64,000 nucleotides of DNA from Podarcis melisellensis (lineage: Eukaryota), in NCBI GenBank assembly GCA_964234715.1, contig OZ174282.1; one strand, given 5' to 3'. This document shows, in pieces, positions 34,931 to 46,485 of the stretch; the first letter of the stretch is position 1, and each line of letters opens with the position of its first letter. The notes under the pieces were generated by a model. It had not been told where the DNA came from. It did not search any database and worked only from the letters and a program-made list of their open reading frames with translations. Position numbers and translations under genes: made by a program.

Positions 34931-35068
34931 CCGTCTTGAAATACCCTGGGAGGATGACGCTCACTTGGATCCCCCAGGGTGCAAGTTCATACTGCAGAGT
35001 GTCCATGACCAGGCTGAGAGCAGCTTTGGATGCCCCGTAGCCAGATAAACAGGGGAACGGCATGTTAC
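34931..35068 (-). CDS. HSD11B2: 11-beta-HSD2, exon 4 (catalytic YxxxK)
   Basis: ctgtAG|GT; (G)[45 protein letters not shown]; donor G|GTAAGA; 138 nt. Confidence 0.96.
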
Positions 35069-35139
35069 CTACAGAAGGAGAGGAGGGAGGGAGGGGTTAC
35101 TCTCTACCCCCATCTTGACTGCAGGAGGGTCAAATAGTA

Positions 35140-35290
35140 GGGAAGGGCTGTAGGTCACTGGTAGAGCACCTGCTTTGCACTCAGAATGTCCCAAGTTCAA
35201 TCCCCAGCGGTGAATCTGCCAGTCAGTATACAGGCAGCCCTGAGCTCAATGGACCAATGGACCTGACTTCCTAGGGAAGGCAGCTTCCTA
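35140..35290 (+). mobile_element. tRNA-derived SINE (Squam3-like) in HSD11B2 intron 3
   Basis: A-box-like TAGGTCACTGGTAGAGCA, B-box-like AGTTCAATCCCC, 3' body GGACCAATGG..CTGACT..AAGGCAGCTTCCTA. Confidence 0.7.
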
Positions 35291-35373
35291 GGGCAGCCCA
35301 ACTCCCAAAGGCACACCCCCTCTTTCCCATTGGCGAAACCAGATCCCATGGAAGGTTTTCTCCTTCCCTTTAC

Positions 35374-35559
35374 CTGCTGGACTGCTGATGGTGATGATCC
35401 TTCCTTGTGAGGAGCGCAGCAAAGGCAGCAGCCCCTGGGTCAGCTCCAAAGTGCCAAAGAAGTTCACCTCCATGCAGCTGCGGAAGTCGTGGAGAGGCGT
35501 CAGCTCCGCATCCGCAAGGGTGGTGTTGATGCCGGCGTTGTTCACCAGGCCCCAGAGCC
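35374..35559 (-). CDS. HSD11B2: 11-beta-HSD2, exon 3 (NNAG motif)
   Basis: atgcAG|GG; (G)[61 protein letters not shown]; donor G|GTAAAG; 186 nt. Confidence 0.96.
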
Positions 35560-36112
35560 CTGCATGCCAAGAAGGAAACTGGTTTGCTGATGTATGTAAT
35601 TGGTTTACTTTCCATTTTTACAGTTCTTCTGCATGGTTTTATATTGTTGTAAACCACTGTGACCTATTTTTATGATACAGTGGTATATATAAAAATAAAT
35701 TAGCAAATGGCTGCTCTTCCCCTGGCCGCTTGTCCTCCATGTGTGTGGACAAACAAAGACATTTTGCTGCTGCTGGATTAAGCAAAAACCCACCATCCGA
35801 CATCTTTTCTCAAAATGTTTTTGCACCTGCAAAAACATATAGGTAAATACCCTATATAACTGTACCCTAGAACTGCTGGTGTGGAGATTGTTTGTTTGAT
35901 TGTTACATTTTAATATGAGACAGCCTACAAACTGAAGATTTTTTCAGAAATTCACTTAACTATCTAATCTGATTCTGAGATTTATGCTTACCACCCGCTT
36001 TCATGTTCCAGCCTTGAAACCCAGAATGTTTTGTTTCAAATCCCAAAGGTGAGACTCTGAGAATCCTACACCTACCTTGCTTCTGTTCTGATTGCCAACA
36101 CTCTCAAGTTAC

Positions 36113-36325
36113 CTGTCCTCACTGTCTGAGCCTTGATGAACTGCAAGACTCTCTGGATGTCCTCAGCTTTGGTCAGGTCCATTTCCAGCAGGGTCAGGCG
36201 CGACGAGCAGCTCTGCCGAAGCTCCTCTGCGCCAGGACTCTTCAGATCCAGGACACTAGCATAGACAGTCAGTCCCAAGGTGTCTAAGTGATGAGCAGCC
36301 ACCTTTCCAAAGCCAGTGTCACATC
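36113..36325 (-). CDS. HSD11B2: 11-beta-HSD2, exon 2 (Rossmann GxxxGxG)
   Basis: ttccAG|GA; (G)[70 protein letters not shown]; donor G|GTAACT; 213 nt. Confidence 0.96.
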
Positions 36326-36528
36326 CTGGAAAATGACAAAAGAAAGAGTGGGCAAGGGTAGACAACGGACCACCTCCTAGCCTCAGTTCCCCAGTGGCTG
36401 CACGTAAATAATAAAGATGATCTACCTCCAAGCATTGTTATGACAAGAAGATTAAATGGGCACAATCCAGACACACTTCTGCACTGTTTTTTTACTACTA
36501 CCATCAGTATTACTATTATTAATATTAT

Positions 36529-36891
36529 TGGAGTGGTTGGCGCTGTGATTTAAACCACTGAGCCTCTTGGGCTTGCCGATCGGGAGGTCAGCAGTTCGAG
36601 TCTGCACGATGGAGTGAGCTCCTGTTGCTCTGTCCCACCTAGCAGTTCAAAAGCATACCAGTGCAAGGAGGTACCGGTGCGGTGGGAAGGTAAACAGTGT
36701 TTCCATGTGCTCTGGCTTCTGTCACGGTGTTCCATTGCACCAGAAGCATTTAGTCATGCTGGCCACATGACCCAGAAAGCTGTTTGTGGACAAACCCCAG
36801 CTCCCTTGGCCTGAAAAGCGAGATGAGCACCACAACCCCATACTTGCCTTTGACTGGACCCAACTGTCCAGAGGTCCTTTACCTTTTTACC
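36529..36891 (+). mobile_element. Sauria SINE
   Basis: 5' GGCGCTGTG..TAAACCACTGAGCCT..GCTTGCCGATC, body TAGTCATGCTGGCCACATGACC, tail CCTTTACCTTTTTACC; AT-rich TSD-like flanks. Confidence 0.85.
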
Positions 36892-37734
36892 TATTATTAT
36901 TAATTTATTACTGCTGCTTGTTTTTATGTTGCCTTTTTGTTCCTAAGCCATAGGGTGAACAGCATGGAAAACTCACTGACATTCCAAAAAATCACCATTA
37001 CCAAGGAAAGGTCATGCAGTGGATGGAAAACTGGAGGCAAACAGAGATTCCCAAAATTAGCACTGCGGTTCATACTGGGTCAAGTTCTGCTGAACTATCA
37101 GGGAAGAATAAATTGAGTGACCCTAAAAGACATGAAATGGACTCGTCTCCTGTCAATGAATAATGAAATGTGCAAACACAGAAAGTGCTTACAGTAGACT
37201 GGCAGCCACTTTGTAGCCCCTGGAGGATCATATCAGAGCTGCTTTATCCCAATTAGCAGGTATTGCCAAGATGGCTAATGTTGCCATGAACTTGGGCCAT
37301 GAACTAAGTGTTTAAAGGTGGTGGTGATGGATGCTGGGCTCTGGTTGGCGGAGCAGGAAAACTCGTTATCAAAGTAAAATGCCTCCCGAGACAGATTCCA
37401 AGGAAAGAGGGAGGGACAAATCTGCCCTTGTTACTGACAGGCTGGATTAATGGGTGTACCTGAGTCACAGCCCCACTCAGCAGAGCTTTCACAGCACATT
37501 GGTGCATACTTTGAGGGCTTTTGCACTAAAGGGAAGACCTCCAAGGCTCTTTGTAATTTGAGGGAGTTCAAATGTAAAGATGATGGAGGTGCATCAGGAT
37601 CTTTGCCCTGAGATGCTTGGAAAGGCACAACTAAATTCTATAAATCTGCAGTGAGGGAGGCAGGAATTTGCGACTGAAAGGTTGTGTCAGCAAGCCATGA
37701 AGATGCTGCCTGAAAACTCAAAATGCTGCAACAG

Positions 37735-37885
37735 CACCATACGTTTAAAGCACCTGGTTTCCCAAAAGAGTCCTGGGAACTGTAGTTCACCCTCCACAGA
37801 GCTACAAATCCCAGCACCCTTAAACTACAGTTCCCAGGATTCTATGAGGGAAACCATGTGCTTTTAAATGCATAGGGTAGATGTG
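37735..37885. mobile_element. Palindromic MITE (related to 62335-62490)
   Basis: TTTAAAGCAC..GGTTTCCC..CCTGGGAACTGTAGTT ... AACTACAGTTCCCAGG..GGGAAACC..GTGCTTTTAAA inverted arms. Confidence 0.65.
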
Positions 37886-39232
37886 ACCTCTGCTACAGCA
37901 GTGGGGACAGAGCAACCATAGGATCAGAAAAAAGGCGGGGAGGAGGAAGGTAGCTGGGAGAACAAGCACAGAGACACAAAACACTGCCAGGGATTGAATT
38001 GCCTTGCATGAGGCATTTTCAGCAGCAGCACATCTACCCTTTTACTCCACAGTTCACCATATGGGTCATTCGGCACAGCAGCTTTTAATGTTTTTCTTTT
38101 ATAATTTGCACACACGGTTGTCCTTTAGAGAAAGACACAGGATGTCCGGTCTTGTGCCATGGCAATAGCAAGCATGACAGGAAGGGGGCAGAAATTACCC
38201 CTTTCTTGTCACCCCCTGTGTCAATCTGCCACAACGGCAGAGGTCAGCGTTCCCAGGATGCGGTAGCTTGGTCTGCAGTCCATCACAATCTGGGATTCTC
38301 CCAGTATAGGATGCAGAAGAATGAAGGGCAGTTGCTGCAGTTGGGGTGGGGGCGAGAGAAGGGGCTAGCGGTGGTGGAGCTTTGGCACTTCTCCAGCCCT
38401 TTCTGCTGCCTCATTATCTTGACTGCTGCTGCTGCCACCGCTCAGGTGTTGGCAAGTGACTCCACCCACAACCAGGGGATGTGACCTTGGCTCTACAACT
38501 CATTTAGTCACGGATCTGCTGTTTATATACCTTGCGCGTGCACAGAAAAGGGAACAAAATGCCTGTTTATCTTGTGATTTGTTGCACAAAAAGGCAGCTC
38601 TAAAAATAGCTTCCTCCACTTCCCTGCTCTGGGTTGCCGCTCCATTAACTTTGCCAGTTAATAAAAAGTTGGGCCCAGAAACCGCAACCCCAAACTCGCC
38701 TCTCATCATCACAATCAGACATTGCTGGGGTCCCAGCAAAAGCCCAGACCTACCCAAGGGCCCAATCAACACAGCTCCCTGTTTTAGGGGAGGTGCTCTG
38801 GGCCTTCATCACTTCTCCCCTTGACACTGAGGGTCCATCACCTTCCTATGCTGCACACAGGAGCCCAGTCATGACGTCCAGGCATAAACCGCAGGAGGAC
38901 GGACGGACACTCACACACACACTGGCCTGGCTGGCTGTTGGGTGGCCTCCATAAGCCATTACTGCAGGGCTGAAGTCCACACTGTCAGGATTTCCAAAGG
39001 CATTTGTATGCTGTTTGGGCTCATTAATTCAGAATTAAAGCAGGGCAAACTGCATTTCCCCACAAACAAACCAAGAATTGAAATTACTAGTGTGACAAAA
39101 TCATGCAAGTGTGTTTTGCTGTTAGAATTCCAAATCCTGAAACTACAATGTGTGAGAAACAGCCAAATGTGGACACACTATTCTGCCCCTCCTCTCCTTG
39201 ATCTAAGCAAAACCTAAGCTTCTAATAAAGTA

Positions 39233-39459
39233 CAGTGGTACTTCAGGTTACATACGCTTCAGGTTACAGACTCCGCTAACCCAGAAATAATGCTTCAGGT
39301 TAAGACCTTTGCTTCAGGATGAGAACAGAAATCGTGCTCCGGCGGCGCAGCGGCAGCAGGAGGCCCTCATTAGCTAAAGTGGTGCTTCAGGTTAAGAACA
39401 GTTTCAGGTTAAGAACGGACCTCCAGCATGAATTAAGTACTTAACCTGAGGTACCACTG
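39233..39459. mobile_element. Tc1/mariner MITE
   Basis: TA|CAGTGGTACTTCAGGTTA ... TAACCTGAGGTACCACTG|TA with internal repeats of TTCAGGTTA. Confidence 0.88.
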
Positions 39460-39619
39460 TAGTTCAATAAACTACAAAATTGCTAGAGTGCAGGCAGAAA
39501 GCCAGCTTGAGGGTTTGCCAGTGTTTTACACTAACCATCCTATGTTTACTATGGTACTAATCTGCCTAGTGGGCAGAAGTCACAGGTGTGTGAGGTGCAA
39601 TGACCTCCTGGCTTTCTGA

Positions 39620-40820
39620 GAACAACTTTGCATGGGGAAATCCTGACTCACTAACCTATTAAAAGTTCTTCGTGGGTGTTAACAGGCATATAGACAAGAA
39701 ATCCAACTGACACAGAGTTGGACATTCGGAAAGCTTTTGACAAAGTCAAAGCAGTTGTGGAATAAAAAGGAGAGGTACTCCTGTGACAGAAAGCAGAGAG
39801 CAGGAATAAATGAACAGTTCTCTGAATGGAGGGGTGTAGCGTTAGGGGTGAGTAGCGAGGTAGCCAAATTTGCTAATGATACTAAATTGTTTAGGGTCTG
39901 GGGATTTTTGTTCATTTCTTAAAGGATTGCAAAGGGTTCCAAAAAGGGAGTGAATGGGAGGTAAAATGACAAATGCAATTTAGTGCAAGCAAGCGTAAAG
40001 TAAGGCACATTGGGGCAAAAAAAATCCTAATTTCATATCTACATTTACGGGTTTAGGGTTAGGGAAGCAGAGGGTAGGAATACATGAACAGTTCTCCCAA
40101 TTGAGGGATGCATAATGGTTACCTTGGTGAAGATCTCAACCCAGTGTGTGGCAGCTGTGAAAAGGGTAGATTCCATGCTGGGGAACGTTAGGAAAGGGAC
40201 TGAAAATAAAACTGCCAATATCATTATGCTGTTATACAAATTTATGGTGCAACCACATTTGAAATATTGTGTGCATGATCTGGTCACCTCCTCAAAAGGG
40301 ATTTCATACAGCGGGGAAAAGTTTGGAAAAGGGCAACCAAAATCATGGCGATGGAGAGACTCCCCTATGAAGGAAGGTTGCAGCTTTTGGGACTTTTTCA
40401 TTTAGAGAAGAAGCAAGTAAGAGGAGACATGATAGAAATTTATAAAATGATGCACAGCATGGAGAAAGTGGCTAGAGAAAAGTTTTCCTCCCTCTCTCAC
40501 AAGGCTGAAGATTCACGATGGACAAAAGGAAGTAGTTTTTCACGCAGCACATAGTTAAATGATGCCATTTGTTCCCACAGGAAGCAGTGATGACCACTAA
40601 CTTGGCTGGCTTTTAAAGCGGATTAGAGAAATTCACAGAGGAGAAAACTATCAATGGAAACTATCCCTCATAGCTATGTTTTACCTCCACTGTTGGAGGC
40701 AGTGCATCTCTGAATACCAGATGCTTGGAACCACAATTGGGGAGGGGGCTGCTGCACTCAACTTCCGCTTCTGGGCTTCCCTCTAGGGTACCCGGCCAGC
40801 CACCATGAGAACAGCTATTC
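39620..40820 (+). mobile_element. CR1 LINE ORF2 remnant and 3' UTR
   Basis: Degenerate peptide pieces KAFDKV, VAKFANDTKLFR, QCVAAVKR..SMLG..RKG.ENKTA.II..LYK.MV.PHL.YCV and MERLPYEGRLQLLGLFHLEKKQVRGDMIEIYKMMH. Confidence 0.85.
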
Positions 40821-42692
40821 TTAGGGTTCACTGCCGTTATCATTCTTATCCTTACTACCTCTGCCACTAAAGTCCATGGGCAACAAAGCAGATCTCTGTT
40901 TGGAGAAGATGCTGCTTACCTTTTGGCAGAGGGAGAGAGTGAGGAGGGGAAGTTAGCAGCCAGAGGCAAGGCTGAGTATGCACACAAATGTAGCTCCACA
41001 CAAAGCAGGGGCTTGGAGTTGTGGGAGGAAGACTGCCCTTTCTCTCCCCACCCTGAACTCTGGTACCATGGCCACAATGGTGAGGAACAGAGCACAAATA
41101 CTGAATGGGGTCCAAGAGCTTTTGGGACCCTCATGTGCAAATGGGGATGAGCAGAGTGGTAGTTGTTTGCCAAGTAACTCAGAAGTGGGCTGAGGAGACC
41201 CTGAGATGAGAAGGAAGTGTGTGTGTAGAACACAAGACTGTCCTTTCTTTTCATTTTGGTACCTTGGAGGGAGGGGAGCTGCCCCCCTGCTTTGCCCCCC
41301 CCAAACCCCCCCATGAGTGCAGATGGAGCACCTGGCAGCAGATCAGGTGAGAGGACATCTTGTCCTGCCCCAGAGTCAGGTTAAGGGACCTTGTGACAAC
41401 CCCTCTCTGCATTTCCCAGGGACAGCAGCCAGTAGCTGCTCTTTCTCTCCCCCAGCCCTGCTGAAAGAGGAAGCGAGGAAGGGCCATAAACACCCCACCC
41501 ACCGCCTGCCTGTGCAGGGTACAGACTGTTCTTTTCACTTCTGATGGCTGGCTGATAGCTTCCCTTCCCAGAGATTACAAACCTCAACAGCGGGTTTATG
41601 GCAACATTAACCATTAACACTGAGTGACAGGCCAAGAAGCAGCCTGGGAAGCCGATGTGCTGCACACACAGGCAGACTTGCACAACTCAGGGCCAAAGGA
41701 GCAGCAGCAACGGGCCCTCTTTCCACCGCACCAGCCTTTGGCACAGCCTGCTTCCCTGGCTAAATCAGTTTGATCCTCTGATTTTACACTTTTTGTCATG
41801 CGGCCAAGACCCTGGCGCTTCTTCAGCTTAGCTTAAGTGATGCTAGCCCTGCAATTAAGTGTGTGGAAATCAGCCACATGGGAGAGCAGGCAGGGGGGGG
41901 GTGCACTTGAGGAATGTGGCCCTCCCTCCCTAGGCAATACTGAAGGCCTGGCGGGTCATGCTCTATCTGCCCACTGGGCAAAAGGGGACTAGAAAATCGC
42001 AAAGGGGGGTATCACAATTTGGAGAAAATAATCAGGCAATGGAGGCAACTCACCATCCTTCAACCCATTTGAAGTTTTTATACAACTTCAAAACGGCAGA
42101 CAGCAAAAAGCAGTCAGGACTGAAGGGCAAAAGGAAAGATTAAATCTAACAAGGGAGACAGGGAGTTTAAAAGTCAAAAGGTTAGGCCCGGTTGGGGTGG
42201 GGGTACAGACAGAAGGTGGATCAGGATCAACAGGGAGATCTCTGGGTGACCTGAAGATCAGTAAGGATTTCTGAGTTCCAATTCTTTCATAATGACTCCC
42301 ATCCCCCCCCCCCCCCGAAAAGAAGAAAGTCCGGGGTGGACTTTTGTGTGGAAAGGTGGTAAGTGCCATTCAGTTCTGGGATTATGTACAAATCCCTGGA
42401 CTCAGAATGGTTTCAATCTGAATGGGTTTTGTTTTGTAACCAAGTCCAGGTTGATAGATCTTGGAATTTGTGCATCTCAAAAGGATACTATAGAGCAGGT
42501 GGGAAGGGGCAGAAAAAGAGTGAAATGAAGGGGCTGGCAGAGCAGCTCCCCCGACGACGGAAGGCTACAACCTTTGGGGGCTTTTTAGTTTAGAAAAAAG
42601 GGAGGTGTGGTTATGCAGGGTGTAGAGAAAGGAAGTAAGGAGTAATCCACACATACCCTTTTTCTCATAGTAATGGCAATGCGTAGCCATCT

Positions 42693-42737
<45 letters not shown>
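42693..42737. repeat. (TTAG)n tetranucleotide microsatellite inside a CR1 fragment
   Basis: Direct read; flanks 42525-42845 resemble the CR1 ORF2 end. Confidence 0.9.
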
Positions 42738-43892
42738 CTAGAATTCTTGTCTATATCCTTTACCTCAAGATCCCAGCTAAGCTGCGTACTGAAAGATTCA
42801 GGACACAGAAAAGAAAGGACTTCATCATACAATTAAACCAGAGCTGGGTTTAGGGAAGCGCAACATCTTTGGTCACAGTGTGTGTTGCAGGGGACGCCAC
42901 AACTATCATTTAGAATGGAGCATGAGAGGCAGGGGGCACCCAATTTCGGCGTCGCACAGGCACCTCTGAAATTTGAAAAAACAACAACCCAATAGTTTCA
43001 TTTGAGTCAGGGCACGTCAGAGCACAGCACAACGTATCTGCAGGGCATGCTGGGGTGCTAAAAATGGGAAGTACTAATTTCTAATCAGGTGCAGAGTTCA
43101 ATGCACAACCGACAAGAAGGCCACAGGTCAGTGCCAACCAGGCAGCACCCAAAGCTCCTCTGCCACCACCAACAGGGCCAACCAGAGGTTTGATACTGCT
43201 TTTCTGGGGTGGTTGTGATGGGGGTTAGGAACCTCTCCCCACCCTGCTCCTCAAAGCAAAAGAGGCCATGGCACCTCCTGCTTCATCGCTCTACTTATCA
43301 CACTTTTCTCTGAGCCAAAGAAGGGCAGAAAGCCAGTGGGGAAGCCCCCGCAGAGAAGCCAGCCTCCCTCCAAGCACCAGGCAGCAGCAGAGGCAGAGGA
43401 GATGTGACCTGCCTAGGAAGGGGGGTGGCAAAGCTGTTGCTACCTCTGCTGCGCTGTTGAGGTTTCAGTCAGCTCCCTATCTGAGCAGATAACCGCAGCG
43501 TGTGGGCAGACTCATCTAATGCCCACAAAAGGCAGCTTTATCAGGAACAAGCCCTGCCCCAAGACACGGAATGGAAGAGATAAGCAGAGCAGAACACGGA
43601 AGGAAAGCCAGATTGCAGGCAGTTTGAGGCAGTGTCATAAACTTCACCTGTAGTGCCCCGGGTGGGGGGAGAAGAGAAAGGAAGCTCAGGAAGGAGAAGC
43701 GCGAGGAGGAGTTTGCCTGGTCCAGATCTCACCCCAAGGCGGCTGGCCAGAGATGCAGCTGGCTCTTCCCCTCTTCCCCAGGGGGCAATGCTGGCTCCTT
43801 CTGTATTCAGGGGGCCAGCCAGGCACAAGCAAGGTTACAGATATATGCAAATTAATGTTTTAGCTTTAAAGGTACACTATCCTTTTTGACAA

Positions 43893-44186
43893 GGGATGCG
43901 GGTGACGCTGTGGGTTAAACCACAGAGCCTAGGACTTGCCGATCAGAAGGTCGGCGATTCGAATCCCTGTGACGGGGTGAGCTCCCGTTGCTCGGTCCCT
44001 GCTCCTGCCAACCTAGCAGTTTTCCGTGTGCTGCTCTGGTTCGCCAGAAGCGGCTTGGTCATGCTGACCACATGACCCAGAAGCTGTACGCCAGCTCCCT
44101 CGGCCAATAAAGCAAGATGAGCGCCACAACCTCAGAGTCGGTCACGACTGGACCTAATGGTCAGGGATCCCTTTACCTTTATCTTT
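43893..44186 (+). mobile_element. Sauria SINE with internal deletion
   Basis: GGGATGCGGGTGACGCTGTGGGTTAAACCACAGAGCCTAGG...GATTCGAATCC (B box)...GACTGGACCTAATGGTCAGGG..CCCTTTACCTTTA. Confidence 0.9.
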
Positions 44187-46248
44187 TAACCTTTTCAACA
44201 ACCAAAAGGTGCTTATCCCAAAATAAATGTGTTTGGGACAGCCAAAGCGAACTCCATTTCATCCTAGAATGAATGTGATTTTTAGGGATTTTAAATTGTG
44301 GAACTATCCCTTTTTTAAAAAAAGAGAACTCTGATCTCTTAGACTCTTCTAGCTGCATTACTGAAAGGGACTATGAGCTGCAAACCTTTCCATCTCCAAT
44401 GAGCATGAGCCTGAAATGTGCAAGCCCACCCCTTCCCTTCCAAAGGCCCCTTTCACACTTTGGGGACCTGGAGCTCAGCTCCCAGGAGGAGAGCCGACTG
44501 GAGGGGTTCCTTCCTCCTGCTGAGAGGGCAATGATCCCCAAACCTGCAGGGCATGCGGCACTGGGGCTCCTTTGGGGCATTTCCAGGGCCACATCAACCT
44601 CCTACTTGAGCAGGCGCATCTACTGGCACCAGAACCACAACAGAGAGAGTGTAGCTCTTTCTTCGAGCACACACACACTTCCAGGCAACTGCCTCCTTCC
44701 CCTTCGTAGACACTCTCAGGGCCAGGCAGGTAAGAAAGAACATCACACGCAGATCAAGATTAAGAGTGCCACCATTTCCCCAAAGCAGTGTTCCCACATC
44801 ACATCCCCGGAGGCTCTGCAACGCCTGCCATCATCCCCGTCCTCATCCAATTTGGGAGCTGGCCACACAGCCGCTTTGTGGACAGTAACTTGATTTCAAG
44901 CATGAAGGCAGCTGTTTGTCTTCCTCCCACACCCAAGAGCAGATGCCAAGTGTCTCTGGCAGATGGATGGGCCCTCGCCAGGCAGCCCCGGAGCCAGCCA
45001 TCTTCCAGCCCAACCTGCTCCTCCAGAGAAAGAAACCCCCTCCTTCCAGATGCAGCTCTTGCAAACAACTAATGTTTGGAAGGGACAGCACTGACCAGTG
45101 AACACACATTTGCCCCATCTATGTGAGAGTAATTAAAGCCACCCATTACTAGAACACGTCAACAGAAAGAGAAAATAAATAATAAACAAATAAATAACAA
45201 GCCTAAAAAGCATATTGTGTGATATCATGCTAGGAGGGACCTATGGGGAATTGGTGACAGCCAGTTCACTGATAAATAATGACATAGCAATTAATCATGG
45301 AAGAGTCGATGCTCCAGCACCCTGCGTAATGAATTAAACTTTTGGAAGCCGCCTCGGAAGAAACATCCTAATCAAATCACTGTAATCCAAACCTCTCCCA
45401 ATGCTGGGCATTCTTGCAATGCACAAGAGAGCAGGTAATTCTTTCATCAAATGTCAGCTTTGAAAATAACCTCTCCAGACTGAGAAATTGCACTACATCT
45501 AAATTGCAGTACGTTTCTTGAATATTACACTTAATGAAGAAACTGAAGTGTTGCCAAAGCTGTGCACTGGTTGCAGGTGCTAAAGTGTAGTGCCATGGGA
45601 AGTTGCCCAGTTTGCCCTGGAGGACCGCATGCTGGCTGTGGGCCACAGCAGTGCCAATGCCTGTTAAGGAGCTGTCCTGGGCAGCTAATCCACAAAGTAG
45701 AGGACAGACTTGAGAAGCCCCTGTGACTTCTGGTGGTGGGGAGCCCTTCTCTTCTGACTATCGGCACACACATCTCTGACAGAGGATTGGGGTTCAGCCT
45801 GGAAGCCAGGCATCAGCCCAGCAACCTGCGTGGTCTTGATGCCTGTCACACAGTCAGTCATAGGAACAAAGCTCCTATGAGCATGTGCAGGGAAAGGCTG
45901 ACCACTGAGCAAGTCCAGAGCGGGCTCAAAGATGCCTTGGATTAGTCAGCAGAAAGCCGCTTCCTGCCCAGGGTCAGCCACAGGCCAGAGCAAAGCGGAT
46001 TCCCTCCCTCCGTTGCCCTCTTCTTGGCCTGGAGCTTCTCCTTCTGCTCCCCCCCCCCATAAATTTTATGGGAGCCCGTAAGCCCCAGGGACCACTATTG
46101 GGGGCTGGACATTTAGAAGTGCAAACAAGCATTAAGGTGGCTCCAAGTCTTACAGGTGGGGAACAAAAAACTCTGCACATCTCCCCACATGTCTAACTCC
46201 TGCCCATAGGTAAAGTGAGGACCGTTGCTTGCCTTTCTCAGGGGAAAA

Positions 46249-46485
46249 GTAAAGGTAAAGGGACCCCTGACCATTAGGTCCAGTCGTGGCTGACTCTGGG
46301 GTTGCAGCACTTATCTCACTTTATTGGCCAAGGGAGCCAGCGTACAGCTTCCGGGTCATGTGGCCAGCATGACTAAGCCGCTTTTGGCGAACCAGAGCAG
46401 TGCACGGAAACGCCGTTTACCTTCCCGCCGAAGTGGTACCTATTTATCTACTTTGACGTGCTTTTGAACTGCTAGGTTGGCAGGA
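46249..46485 (-). mobile_element. 5'-truncated Sauria SINE
   Basis: TAAAGGTAAAGGGACCCCTGACCATTAGGTCCAGTCG... is the reverse complement of the 43893 copy's 3' half; flanked by AGGGGAAAA / AGGGAAAAA. Confidence 0.9.

Noticed and set aside
35140-35210. tRNA-like A/B boxes
   Set aside because: No complete cloverleaf, and it continues into a SINE body, so it is a SINE head rather than a tRNA gene.
40049-40064. GGGTTTAGGGTTAGGG as an interstitial telomere
   Set aside because: Only about two units at a junction of CR1 pieces; chance or CR1-derived.
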